Counted from the stretch's first letter, positions 17,631 to 27,799 are shown. The stretch: 64,000 nucleotides of DNA from Oculatellaceae cyanobacterium bins.114 (GCA_033764315.1 JANRJA010000056.1:1-64000); one strand, 5' to 3'. Program-made: numbers and translations. The notes: a model not told the origin generated them from the letters alone.

Positions 17631-19874
17631 TTAGTCCAGCTTACTTCTATGAGCGTCTTCCCATCTTTCATACATTTCCTCAAACATTTTCTCAATTGTT
17701 TTTGCAATGTCGAGTGAAATCGCGCCGTTCTCCAGTTCTTTGGTCAGCCACGTCTTAACTCGCTCCCGATAATCTTGACGGATATTGTAGGAATTAGAAA
17801 TAGGAAGAGTATGCTGAGATGGTACAAAACCGTTCATCTTATGAGATGACTTTGATGCCATCCAAGTTGTGTGTAAAGTGAATCCCAAACTCAACTCAGG
17901 ATGAGTTAAACGGCAAATTGGCTCACCACCTAAATTATCTTTTTCGGCATCAAAAATCCAAATTTCGCTATTGTTTGAAGCAAACTCATGGGACTTAAGG
18001 ACAATGCAAACAAGATAACCAGCCCTATTCCCAGTAGTGTTCGCTTTGGGCACAAACTGAATAGATGTACCTAAACATCCCTCCGGAAATTGATAAAAAT
18101 CCTTCAGTTCAAGACTAACGGGTAGTCCATCGTCTCCTCGGTTTAGATGAACTCTACAAATAGAAGAAGGAACTCCCTTAGCAGTCAAACCGAGCAAAGT
18201 GGAGCAATCACTAGATTTGTTCTCAGCAAAGGTGTTTAGGTCACCTAAGGGTACAATGCGCTGTTCATAATCTTTATATAAATCGAAGATGTGCTTCGAC
18301 AAAATATCTGCCCAACATCCCCAGCTATTCCAATAGATATCGTCAAAGTGGCTATTTTGTTGCTCGTTGCGATAGGCATAAAAAGCGGTTGCCCAAGTGT
18401 AATCAATATCATGGGCAAAATAAGAGGTAATTTTGTTCTTCTCAACATCAATGATGTGACAACCTAAACGGCTAACATCTGTAGGACCAACTACACTTCC
18501 AGCCAACCCTTGCAAATTCAACGTCAATTCTAAGTCAGTGTAGATTGATTGGTCATTCTTATGAAGTGTTTCAGCCGGATCAGTAGCACAGTTATGAGCC
18601 GCATGAAGAACAAGTTTACCGTCTGGACTGTCATAATCTACTAGGTAATGTGCCATTGGAGCATCAATGCGAAAATGGCGTGCTTTGACCGATTTTTTAT
18701 AAGGCTTTAAATCAGCCCGACGAATTACATAAATATCCGTGTAGGGTAATTGCGGATAGTTGAATAAATCAGTACTTAGTGTCTCAATGTGACCAGTAGC
18801 AACTTCTTGAATAAAGGGTAAAACTTCACCAAAATCTATCTTAAATGCTGTATCTGCTAGAACAATATAATCTTTCGTAATCCCCATCTGATGCAAGGTT
18901 TGATGAAGTTTGATAGGAAAACCCCACTTGTTCAAAACCTTCCAACGGCTGGAAGCTATTGCTAAATCAGATTGACAATTTGGAGCTTTGCCAAGCCAAC
19001 GCATGAGATAAATAACATCATCTGAAAAGCCATCGATAGCTAAAAACGCATCAATAAACGCTTTGAAAACTCTAAATCGGCGTTTAAAGGGAGATGGCTT
19101 AAGTAGTTTTAAGGCTTCTTCAAGGTGAGGTCTGAGTGAACGAGCTAAGCTCATCATGGTTGAGACTGATTTACTCACATTCACCGTGAAAAATTCGCCA
19201 TTTTGCTGATTGCCTCGTGGATCAAAGCAGGGATGGGCGGTAGTAAGAAATTGAGTAAATGGAGCACCTTCTACTAGCGGCAACATTGCGCTCCATTCAT
19301 CATTACTTCCTAAAGGAGCAATTACTTCAAGGGTATCAGGATCAATTTCAAAGGGACGTCCGGTATCTGAGGTAAGCAACAACCGCTCTTGAGGGTCTGT
19401 AGCAAATTGAAAGGGAACGAAGGCTGTATTGGGTTGATTACGAACCCCTAAAATAGCAAGCGTACCCTTTACAAAGGAGAATCGTCCAAAGCCACCGTTG
19501 ATAAATCTCAAATCGCTAAATTCAGATTTCTCATAACTAATTCGGTCAGCATAATAGCAAGGTGGTTTAGCAATTCTCGTAGTTAAAGTGACGGCATCAG
19601 TTGAAAAATCGATCCGATAAACCATGCCATCACCATTAAATAGTGGAGTCGAACCATCGGCGGATGGCAATACAACGGGAGAACTACTGTCAGGTTGATA
19701 GGAGTCGAATGTTCCAACCGGAGAAACTAAAAAGAAATGACCTTGTAAATCAGCAGGTAAGGTTGTTTCCTCAGAAGTTAAGCCCTTATACGTTGTTAAC
19801 TTGAGTGAGGTAAGCTCTTGTCGGCTGACCGAAAGAATCGCTTTAGGGAAGAATTGATAAGTAGTTTGACTCAT
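17631..19874 (-). CDS. Carotenoid oxygenase (RPE65 family) protein, copy 1
   Basis: FNGDGMVYR, TAHP, LHQM, AHY, TLHTTW; collinear paralog of 15207-17498. Confidence 0.88.
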   Translation of the reverse strand: MSQTTYQFFPKAILSVSRQELTSLKLTTYKGLTSEETTLPADLQGHFFLVSPVGTFDSYQPDSSSPVVLPSADGSTPLFNGDGMVYRIDFSTDAVTLTTRIAKPPCYYADRISYEKSEFSDLRFINGGFGRFSFVKGTLAILGVRNQPNTAFVPFQFATDPQERLLLTSDTGRPFEIDPDTLEVIAPLGSNDEWSAMLPLVEGAPFTQFLTTAHPCFDPRGNQQNGEFFTVNVSKSVSTMMSLARSLRPHLEEALKLLKPSPFKRRFRVFKAFIDAFLAIDGFSDDVIYLMRWLGKAPNCQSDLAIASSRWKVLNKWGFPIKLHQTLHQMGITKDYIVLADTAFKIDFGEVLPFIQEVATGHIETLSTDLFNYPQLPYTDIYVIRRADLKPYKKSVKARHFRIDAPMAHYLVDYDSPDGKLVLHAAHNCATDPAETLHKNDQSIYTDLELTLNLQGLAGSVVGPTDVSRLGCHIIDVEKNKITSYFAHDIDYTWATAFYAYRNEQQNSHFDDIYWNSWGCWADILSKHIFDLYKDYEQRIVPLGDLNTFAENKSSDCSTLLGLTAKGVPSSICRVHLNRGDDGLPVSLELKDFYQFPEGCLGTSIQFVPKANTTGNRAGYLVCIVLKSHEFASNNSEIWIFDAEKDNLGGEPICRLTHPELSLGFTLHTTWMASKSSHKMNGFVPSQHTLPISNSYNIRQDYRERVKTWLTKELENGAISLDIAKTIEKMFEEMYERWEDAHRSKLD

Positions 19875-20175
19875 AAGGGGGCGTGAGTTGTAGAAGAAAG
19901 TAGAAAATCTAGAAACCCCAGCTTTTCAAGAAAACTGGGGATTCCTTTATTGGTCAACGCAAACTACAGTTCTGGATTCTTGAAAGCCTGAGCGGTCTGT
20001 AGTGTTATCTACCTTTAGGGTTAGCTTATTTAGATTATGCAAAAAATAAAGAGATCAGTCTGGTGTTATGGGTTACAGCTTTGTCTGAAGCTAGCCCTTG
20101 CTAAAAGCATATGGATAGATGTCTGTAGTTGCTTATTCAAGATTATGCGGACAATAGCTACCTTAAGCTGGTATC

Positions 20176-20895
20176 CTAGCCGACTGTTTGTCGTGGTTTA
20201 ACCCCTGAAAAGCGATCGCGAATTCGGTCTAATTCCAGTTCCATGAGATAATCAACGGCCCAATTTGCCTGACGTTGCATCATGTGAAACGGGTAAGTGT
20301 TTGCCACACCAACAACTTGGATGCCAGCTCGTTTTGCGGCTTCGATTCCAGCAAAGGTGTCTTCGATCGCCAGACATTCATTCGGTTGTAACAGCAAGTC
20401 AGGAAACTGCTGATTGAGGCGTTTAACGGCCAACAGATATCCTTCAGGTTCTGGTTTGCTCTGAGTAATTTCATCTCCTGCCACAATCACTGAAAAGTGT
20501 TGAGCAAGCTGCGATCGCTCTAACACCAATTCGATTTCAGCTCGTACCGCACCGCTAACGACTGCCATCTTAATCTGGGATGACCGTAACTGAAAGATTA
20601 AATCAGTTAAACCAGGATAAATCGGCAGCTTGTCGATCGCCTGGAGTTGTTGCTGATAGGCGCGTGATTTACGAGCAATCAGGTCGTTTAGATATTTGTC
20701 AGTCACAACCCGACCCCGTTGAGTCAACAGATCGGTTAAACAGGCGCGATCGCTCCGGCCCACACAAGTCTGCCAATATTCCTCTGGTTTGGGGCGCAGA
20801 TTTTCTTCGATTAGCAATTGGTCAATCAGTTTTTGGTGCAATGGCTCATCGTTGATGATGATGCCATTAAAGTCAAATAAGACGGCTTTTAGCAT
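20176..20895 (-). CDS. HAD family phosphatase (CbbY/beta-PGM-like)
   Basis: FDFNG motif I, VVSG, KPEP, IEDT..G. Confidence 0.9.
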   Translation of the reverse strand: MLKAVLFDFNGIIINDEPLHQKLIDQLLIEENLRPKPEEYWQTCVGRSDRACLTDLLTQRGRVVTDKYLNDLIARKSRAYQQQLQAIDKLPIYPGLTDLIFQLRSSQIKMAVVSGAVRAEIELVLERSQLAQHFSVIVAGDEITQSKPEPEGYLLAVKRLNQQFPDLLLQPNECLAIEDTFAGIEAAKRAGIQVVGVANTYPFHMMQRQANWAVDYLMELELDRIRDRFSGVKPRQTVG

Positions 20896-20905
20896 GGTTC
20901 ACCAA

Positions 20906-21769
20906 CTATCCCATCGCCCACTGTTCTTCGCCTGTTGCTTCATATCTTACCCACTCTGGCGATCGCCCTGGCAATGGTTTAACACCTCGTGTCGTTTGAT
21001 GAATGCCCCAAACGGTTTCAGTTTGCACCGCCGCAAACCCGGCACTACCCATCCAAGCATCCACACTGCCTGCGGCAAAATCTTGAATATAAGGTTCCTC
21101 AAAAATTTCCATCAACCAGGGTGTGTGCCTCAACATTCCTTGGTTGCCGTCTAACACCACCACCTCACCCCCAACGGTTAGCAGGCGAAATGCCTCTCGC
21201 AAAATCTGTTTTGAGATGTCAGGAGGGGTTTCATGAAACAGCAGGGATGCCGTAACCAGATCAAAGCTGGCATCAGGGAAACCTGTTTTTTCTGCGTTGC
21301 CATGCCGAAACTGAATAGGCAGTTTAGCCACTTGAGCTTTATCCTCAGCAACCACCAGCATGTAGGGCGACAGATCAACCCCTATGACCTCTGCTTCTGG
21401 AAAGGTCGTCTTTAATAAGCGGGTAGTGGTACCCGTGCCACAGCCTAAATCAAGAATGCGCCGAGGTTGCCCTTGAATGCAATCGATTAAACTTTGTCGT
21501 ACCCATTCCTCTTTAGGTGGCAGCGCATATTGGGTGATGGGGTCATAGGAAACGGCGGCACTGATGGTGAGATAGCCCCCCTCAATGCTATGGAAGTTTT
21601 GAGAACGGTAGTAATCGGGGTAAACAACGGTGGAATCTGTCAGGCGATCGCACTCTTGTTGCCAATCTTTGCTCTCGTAATAGCGTTGTAACGCATCCCG
21701 GTCGATCAAAAAGTTTTTGACAATGGGAGCCAGAAACCGTTCAAAAATGGTATCTTTCCGAACCGCCAT
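20906..21769 (-). CDS. Class I SAM-dependent methyltransferase
   Basis: ILDLGCGTG, GVDLSPYML, SFDLV...LFHE. Confidence 0.9.
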   Translation of the reverse strand: MAVRKDTIFERFLAPIVKNFLIDRDALQRYYESKDWQQECDRLTDSTVVYPDYYRSQNFHSIEGGYLTISAAVSYDPITQYALPPKEEWVRQSLIDCIQGQPRRILDLGCGTGTTTRLLKTTFPEAEVIGVDLSPYMLVVAEDKAQVAKLPIQFRHGNAEKTGFPDASFDLVTASLLFHETPPDISKQILREAFRLLTVGGEVVVLDGNQGMLRHTPWLMEIFEEPYIQDFAAGSVDAWMGSAGFAAVQTETVWGIHQTTRGVKPLPGRSPEWVRYEATGEEQWAMG

Positions 21770-21847
21770 AGAAATACCTGGGGTGAATGGTTGTCTTTAT
21801 AGAGGTCTTTACAGAGGTATTTACAAAGTGTAATAAATTCTTCGCCA

Positions 21848-23170
21848 TTAGAACATCATGCAACTGACACAGCCGCAATAGCTATAAGACGAGGGTTGCG
21901 ATCGCCCCTGAGCTGGGTCGGCTCTCGTCATCGGAGTGAGCTGACTTAGTAAAGCAGGCATCGTCAGTAAAGCAGGCATCGTACGAGCAGACACCTGACG
22001 CACACCGTCATTGAGCACCGGATTTTGTACAGCCCCGTTGTAGTTAACGGTGTAGCCAATGTCATCTAAAACTAGCAGATCAACAACGTTGGGCAGCCGC
22101 CGCTCTCCTCGCGCAAATTGGGGAGCCATCACCGCTTCTCCTGACGTTCCCAAGCGATAGGCACTCTGAACATGCCCGCGATCGCTAGACAGCGCAATTC
22201 CCGCACTCCCCGCAAAAAACCGAGTGGCCTCTCCAATAAAGTTAAATCCACTAACTTTGGCATCAAACGCATTACTGGTGCCAAACCCCAAGACGTGCCC
22301 AATCTCGTGAGTCGCAACAGATAAAAAGTCGATGCGATCGCTTGGAATGTCACTGCTTGTGCTTGGGGTGGCATCAAAGAACCAGTTTGTTGTCAGATCA
22401 AATGCCATCGTGCCAATCCACGGTTCAAAATTAGTGGTGCCATATCGAGGAGTTCCAGAGGTGTCAAGAGCTGGTCCTGACAAAGCCAGGGTTGTACCTG
22501 CACTTCCCCCTAACTCTCTAGCACCGACAAAAATCAATACATCATCAATCACACTGCTGTTGCTGAAATTATCTACATTCAGTCCAGTCTCCGGGTTCGT
22601 AAAGCGACGCACCTCCGTGGCGATTGGAGTATCTGCAAACTCATCCTGAATCAAGTTCTCCCAAACAGTTGCGACTGATTCTAATGCCTGTCGCTTCTCA
22701 GGTGTAAACCAACCCCTCGTGTCAAAGCGATAGTCAAATTGAATGTTAAACGGTCGAGATGGAGTGTTGGCAGGAGAGTTAGAAGGTGGATCGATCGTCG
22801 GACTCGGCAAAGGGGCAGAATTTAGCGATGCTGCCAATCTGAGCACATAACCAGTATTGTCTAGCTCAGTGCGGGGCGTAACTTGCACGTAATAAACGCC
22901 AATCGCTAAGGCTCTCCGAATCGCTTCCGATCGCCTGCCACTGCGTGCCGATCGCGCCAACACTTTGCCTCGGTTATTCAATAGAGCCAGGTCGGTGTTT
23001 GCCCCTAATGGAGTTAGCGCGATATTGACCGTACTTGAACCGTTAAGTCGAAAACGGTAGAAGTCAACGCGATCGCCACGATTGACTAAATCTCTCAACA
23101 CCACAGCCTTTGAGAGTAAACCGAGATTTCTAGATAACCGAAGTGTATTCCCTGCTCGATCGGCAACCAT
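21848..23170 (-). CDS. PPC-domain zinc metalloprotease (metzincin-like)
   Basis: N-terminal PPC domain (D.VDFYRF...G.YYVQV), HEIGHVLGF zinc motif, distal His (DRGH), Met-turn AVMAP. Confidence 0.82.
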   Translation of the reverse strand: MVADRAGNTLRLSRNLGLLSKAVVLRDLVNRGDRVDFYRFRLNGSSTVNIALTPLGANTDLALLNNRGKVLARSARSGRRSEAIRRALAIGVYYVQVTPRTELDNTGYVLRLAASLNSAPLPSPTIDPPSNSPANTPSRPFNIQFDYRFDTRGWFTPEKRQALESVATVWENLIQDEFADTPIATEVRRFTNPETGLNVDNFSNSSVIDDVLIFVGARELGGSAGTTLALSGPALDTSGTPRYGTTNFEPWIGTMAFDLTTNWFFDATPSTSSDIPSDRIDFLSVATHEIGHVLGFGTSNAFDAKVSGFNFIGEATRFFAGSAGIALSSDRGHVQSAYRLGTSGEAVMAPQFARGERRLPNVVDLLVLDDIGYTVNYNGAVQNPVLNDGVRQVSARTMPALLTMPALLSQLTPMTRADPAQGRSQPSSYSYCGCVSCMMF

Positions 23171-23550
23171 GATGCATTTTCAAAACTCAACTGTATAGCG
23201 AGAAAGAGAGGGCGATCGCTACAATAACTTGCATCCAGGCTCTAGCAGGCTTAATCAACAAACTCAATCAGCAGGCTGAATTAAACAGAGACATTAGAAC
23301 AGCTAAGCTTGGGCAAATGGAGGTATCAAAAGGTCATCAACAACGGCATTTCGCCCGATGTGATGTCTTCATTCTTGCAATAGCGGGGGCTATCCGACTC
23401 CTATTATCTTACTTTCTACATCTACAATGCAGCGATATCAGAATTCAAAGGGCACAACAGGGGTGAAACTTAAAAGCCCAAATTCCCCGACTTTTTAGAG
23501 AAATCGGGGATTGGGTAGCCATGATTAAATTCATTTATCCGATGTAACGC

Positions 23551-23835
23551 TTAATAGTTGTAACGTTCATCGATCCACACTCTGACTTCTGTTTCAGAGT
23601 GAAAGACAGACGTCTGATGAGTACTGGGGTCATACACATTCCAAAGAATGTCACCCGCCTGATCTTGAGTCTGCCAAATCTGAGGTTCTGACGTACCAGA
23701 GAGGTGGGCAACAAAATTGCTTACAGTTTGGCTGACAGAGGCGGCCAAACCAGACTTCACAAATGGTTTTTGAGCTGATAAGGTAGAATTTGAATCAGTG
23801 TGTTGGCTACCCAAGAGGTATGCATCTGCTCTCAT
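23551..23835 (-). CDS. Small cyanobacterial hypothetical protein, paralog of 4676-4966
   Basis: SEPQIWQTQD..G...WNVYDP.T...FHSETEVRVWIDERY; GGAG upstream; divergent from LysR. Confidence 0.78.
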   Translation of the reverse strand: MRADAYLLGSQHTDSNSTLSAQKPFVKSGLAASVSQTVSNFVAHLSGTSEPQIWQTQDQAGDILWNVYDPSTHQTSVFHSETEVRVWIDERYNY

Positions 23836-23938
23836 TTCATTGACTCCCGTTAGATTGGTTTGAAGTAGACAGTGATTTAAGGCTTGCCGTCTACATCTAT
23901 CACTCTATTCACTTCCCAACAGATAATCAAAAGGAAGT

Positions 23939-23966
23939 ATGAATGGAATTCATGAACAAAATTGAT
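23939..23966. promoter_or_regulatory. Putative LysR T-N11-A binding sites (tandem)
   Basis: Palindrome ATGAAT-GGA-ATTCAT (23939-23953) followed by ATGAACAAAATTGAT, in the divergent promoter. Confidence 0.55.
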
Positions 23967-24033
23967 GGATGACCATCGATCGAGTATCAATTCGCAGTAC
24001 GGGACGATCAGATTCATTCTGAGGTGAGGGTAG

Positions 24034-24990
24034 ATGAGAGAAGTCAACCGGGATGGCGTTAAATTGTCTCAATTGCGTGCTTTGGTAACTGTTGCAGAGC
24101 ATGGGAATTTTAGCGAGGCAGCACTGCACTTAGCGGTGTCTCAATCTGCGATTAGTCATGCGATCGCCAGCTTAGAACAAGAGTTGGGCGTTATCTTGTT
24201 ATCGCGAGGTCGTCATGGTGCTCGGTTAACTCCGGTTGGTGAGCGCATCACGCAGCACGCTCAGGAAATGCTGCAATTGCTCGACACCATCGGCAAAGAA
24301 GCCAATCGCTCGAAGGGGTTGCAAGGGGGTGAAGTGCGCATCTCCTGCTTCCGTAGTGTGGCAACTCACGTGCTACCCGAAATCATGGCAGAGTTTCGTA
24401 GTGCTTACCCAGCGATCGCCATTACCCTCAACGAATATCGCGGCAACGAAGGGGGGTATGATGGCATCGAGCAATCTTTGCGAGAAGGAAAAGCCGATAT
24501 TGGGTTTACCTGTCTCCCACCGTCTCCTGAGTTTGATACCCAGGAATTGATGCGCGATGAATATGTCGTGCTTTGTCCGCCTCAGTGGGCTATTCCTCAT
24601 TCCCTCTGTTGGGACGATATCCGCAACTATCCCATCATCTTGCCCCCTGATGATGACTATTGCTCTGTCCTAATTCGCAATCACTTTAACAAGCTCATTC
24701 AACCCCTCAATGCTCTGTACAAGATCAAAGAAGATTCGACGATCGTCAGCATGGTGTCTCAAGGGTTGGGGATCACCGTTATGGCACGCTTGGCCGCAGA
24801 ACCTCTGCCTCCCGAAATTCAGGTGCGGCGTTTGCCCGTGCCTCTAGACCGGATCATTAATGTTGTGACGTTAACCGATGCGCTCCATCCTCCAGCGGTC
24901 TATGCTTTTCTAGAAACGCTTAAACGAGTCAATCGCTCACCTCACCACCCTCCTCAAGTCTCAATGAGCGATCGCCTCAAAACAGCATAA
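24034..24990 (+). CDS. LysR family transcriptional regulator
   Basis: HTH FSEAALHLAVSQSAISHAIASLEQELG..L..R followed by a substrate-binding domain. Confidence 0.95.
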   Translation: MREVNRDGVKLSQLRALVTVAEHGNFSEAALHLAVSQSAISHAIASLEQELGVILLSRGRHGARLTPVGERITQHAQEMLQLLDTIGKEANRSKGLQGGEVRISCFRSVATHVLPEIMAEFRSAYPAIAITLNEYRGNEGGYDGIEQSLREGKADIGFTCLPPSPEFDTQELMRDEYVVLCPPQWAIPHSLCWDDIRNYPIILPPDDDYCSVLIRNHFNKLIQPLNALYKIKEDSTIVSMVSQGLGITVMARLAAEPLPPEIQVRRLPVPLDRIINVVTLTDALHPPAVYAFLETLKRVNRSPHHPPQVSMSDRLKTA

Positions 24991-25046
24991 AAATAGCAGA
25001 GGGTGGCGGCGGTTGAAACCGCCAAAATTTTGATCTCAACCTCACG

Positions 25047-26726
25047 CTATACGCGAGGGCTGTCAGGCATTTCAGAATGACTGGCTTGAATGATGGGTTT
25101 AATTTCGTTGTAAAACGCTTCCCAGTTCGCCACGGCTGAGGGGTTGGGTTCTGCACCCCACTGCAATAATGCAGCCCCATCTTGAAAATCAATGAGTTGA
25201 TATCGAGAGGTTTCAGTGATGCGTGTGAGGCGATCGCTCAAAAATTTCAAGAAGTTTAAATCGTTGAAAAACGCGGGTTGATATTGCAACGGGTACCACA
25301 AATCCATCACGATGTACTCGACCCGTGAGTCTTTGCGATCGTCTCCTCGAATCCGCAATTCTGGAAAGCGTACCACTTCGCGTCGGTTAGACAGGTGTGA
25401 CACGATATGCCCTGTAGCTGACACACTGGCCTCAGCAGGGATTTGCCCTAGTAGTTGACGAATGGCCTGAGAATGGTGCAGTTGACGCCCCGCAGTAATG
25501 TAAACCCACGGTCGAAACGAATCTGGAAAAACGACTGAAAACGCCCGATTGGGATTAGACGTTAGGGTAAACAACAGTGCCAATCCCAAGCACCCCACCC
25601 AAAATCGACGAAACCAGGGCTTAAAGTGCAACGGATGTTTAGACCACCACAAAATCGTGCCGTAAAACAAGCCAGGAATAACCGCCAAGGCATAGCGCAA
25701 CTGGAGTGACAAAGCATCTGGATCGTTTTGAATCAAGATATTGAATAGGGGTACCCCCGCTAACACCCAGGCACTGATTGAGATAGAAGGGATAAATGCC
25801 AAAGGAACCCAATATCCCAAAAAATAATTTAGCGTGCGATTGAACGGCATCACCACTTCTCGCACAGTGCGCACTGGGTCTTGCAGAATACCTTTCAGCA
25901 CATCCAGGGTCGAAGGATTATCAACCCCCTGCACAAACTGACCATACTGCTCAACCATAAATCGTCGCCCAATATCGTTGGCAAACGACGGCATGACAAC
26001 ATTGGTCACAGTGACAACATAGACCACACTGACGGCACACAAGCCCAAACCAATGCGCGGAAACCGACGGCTCACCATCAGATAGATACCAATGCCAAAC
26101 AGCACAATGCCTGCGTCTTCACGAACTGCAAGGGTTAATGCGGCTAGCGTGACAAACAACCACCACCAGCGTTTTTCTAACGCTAATAGCAATCCAAAAA
26201 TATAGAGCGGCACTTGAGAAAAGTCGTGAAAATTAGCGACCGTAGGGCCAATGACCGCATTGCCACAGTAGTAACTGATGGTGATCAGAGCAGAGAGGTG
26301 AGGGGGGTGATAATGTCGTGCCAGAGCATATAACACAAACCCTGCCAGCGTGATGAGCGTTACTTGAAGGATCGAAAGCCCTGCCGGAGATTGAAACAAG
26401 GCGTAAACGGGCAGCCATAGCAGCAGGCTTGGGGTGAAGTGTTGAGCTAGCCGTTGATAGACTACATCAGGCACGGCTCCGTCATACAGTACGGCACTCG
26501 ACTCAGTGGACGAAAGAGAGCTTTGAAAGAAACGACCGTGCAGGCTGTTCCAAAACACCTGATTAAAGATGCCCTGGTCAAACGACACATCCGACGGGAA
26601 AAAATTATAAAACCGCCATAGCACTAGCCCAGTGCAGATGACCCAAAAGAGAGCCGCCGCGATCGCCACCGACCGCAACCCCGGGTTTTTCTGCCAAATC
26701 TTCATCGAGTCACTCCTCAAATCCAC
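25047..26726 (-). CDS. DUF2079 family membrane protein (GT-C-like)
   Basis: Multiple TM helices; FDQGIFNQ.FWN, HFTP, NFHD, REDAG. Confidence 0.85.
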   Translation of the reverse strand: MDLRSDSMKIWQKNPGLRSVAIAAALFWVICTGLVLWRFYNFFPSDVSFDQGIFNQVFWNSLHGRFFQSSLSSTESSAVLYDGAVPDVVYQRLAQHFTPSLLLWLPVYALFQSPAGLSILQVTLITLAGFVLYALARHYHPPHLSALITISYYCGNAVIGPTVANFHDFSQVPLYIFGLLLALEKRWWWLFVTLAALTLAVREDAGIVLFGIGIYLMVSRRFPRIGLGLCAVSVVYVVTVTNVVMPSFANDIGRRFMVEQYGQFVQGVDNPSTLDVLKGILQDPVRTVREVVMPFNRTLNYFLGYWVPLAFIPSISISAWVLAGVPLFNILIQNDPDALSLQLRYALAVIPGLFYGTILWWSKHPLHFKPWFRRFWVGCLGLALLFTLTSNPNRAFSVVFPDSFRPWVYITAGRQLHHSQAIRQLLGQIPAEASVSATGHIVSHLSNRREVVRFPELRIRGDDRKDSRVEYIVMDLWYPLQYQPAFFNDLNFLKFLSDRLTRITETSRYQLIDFQDGAALLQWGAEPNPSAVANWEAFYNEIKPIIQASHSEMPDSPRV

Positions 26727-26837
26727 TCACTACCCTCTCATGTCTCTGGTGATTACTCAAGATACTTGGCTGGAGGTGCAAGCGTGAATTAATTCAGAGA
26801 CAATAGACAATGTTCTCTCGATCAAAACGAAACAGGC

Positions 26838-27704
26838 ATGGATCAGGAATTGATTCAGCTTTTAGTGAATGGAGTTGCCGTTGGCAGCATTTTAGCGTTG
26901 TCAGCCGTGGGGCTAACCCTGACCTATGGCATTTTGCGGTTAGCTAACTTTGCCCACGGTGATTTCATGACCTTAGGCGCGTTTCTGACCTTGATGGTCA
27001 ACCGATTTGGGGTCAATATCTGGCTGTCAGTTGCATCAGGAGCCTTACTCACCATTGCAGTTGCCCTGCTGACCGAAAAACTCATCTGGCTTCCCATGCG
27101 CGATCGCCGTGCATCTCCCACGACCTTAATCATCATCTCAATCGGTCTGGCTTTGTTTCTTCGCAATGGCATTATTCTGCTGTGGGGTGCAGACAACCAG
27201 AAATATGACCTGCCCGTTTTGAGTACCATTGATCTGTTTAGTATCAAAATCTCTCAAAGCCGTCTAATCGTGGTTGCACTGGCATTCCTGGTGATTTTGG
27301 GGTTGCATTTCTTACTGCAAAACACCAAGATTGGCAAAGCGATGCGAGCGGTCGCAGATAACGTTGACCTGGCTCGTGTCTCTGGCATTAATGTCGAGCG
27401 CATTGTGATCTGGACTTGGGTTCTAGCCGCAGGGCTAACTGCTATTGGGGGTGGCATGTATGGGTTAATTACGGCAGTCCGCCCCAACATGGGTTGGTTT
27501 CTAATTCTGCCCATGTTTGCATCCGTGATCTTAGGAGGCATTGGCAATCCCTATGGGGCGATCGCCGGAGCTTACGTCATCGGCATCACTCAGGAAATCA
27601 GCACTTATTTTATTCCTTCAGAATATAAGCTAGGAGTTGCCCTGATCCTCATGGTGGTGGTATTGCTGGTTCGCCCTCAAGGGCTATTTAGAGGAACCTT
27701 TTGA
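26838..27704 (+). CDS. natD: Branched-chain/neutral amino acid ABC transporter permease (LivH/NatD-like)
   Basis: GLTLTYGILRLANFAHGD, TKIGKAMRAVADN..LA.VSGIN, ILGGIGNPYGA. Confidence 0.9.
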   Translation: MDQELIQLLVNGVAVGSILALSAVGLTLTYGILRLANFAHGDFMTLGAFLTLMVNRFGVNIWLSVASGALLTIAVALLTEKLIWLPMRDRRASPTTLIIISIGLALFLRNGIILLWGADNQKYDLPVLSTIDLFSIKISQSRLIVVALAFLVILGLHFLLQNTKIGKAMRAVADNVDLARVSGINVERIVIWTWVLAAGLTAIGGGMYGLITAVRPNMGWFLILPMFASVILGGIGNPYGAIAGAYVIGITQEISTYFIPSEYKLGVALILMVVVLLVRPQGLFRGTF

Positions 27705-27725
27705 GGACTAAATAAAGGGTAAAAG

Positions 27726-27795
27726 TTGGGGCAAAGCGTTGGGACAAAGATAATCTGACTAGGGCAGATTTGTTCACCCCAATGCTTCACCCCTG
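27726..27795. repeat. REP-like inverted repeat / possible bidirectional terminator between natD and psaX
   Basis: GGGGCAAAGCGTTGGG...CCCAATGCTTCACCCC imperfect inverted repeat with an inner AATCTG/CAGATT stem. Confidence 0.5.
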
Positions 27796-27799
27796 CTCC

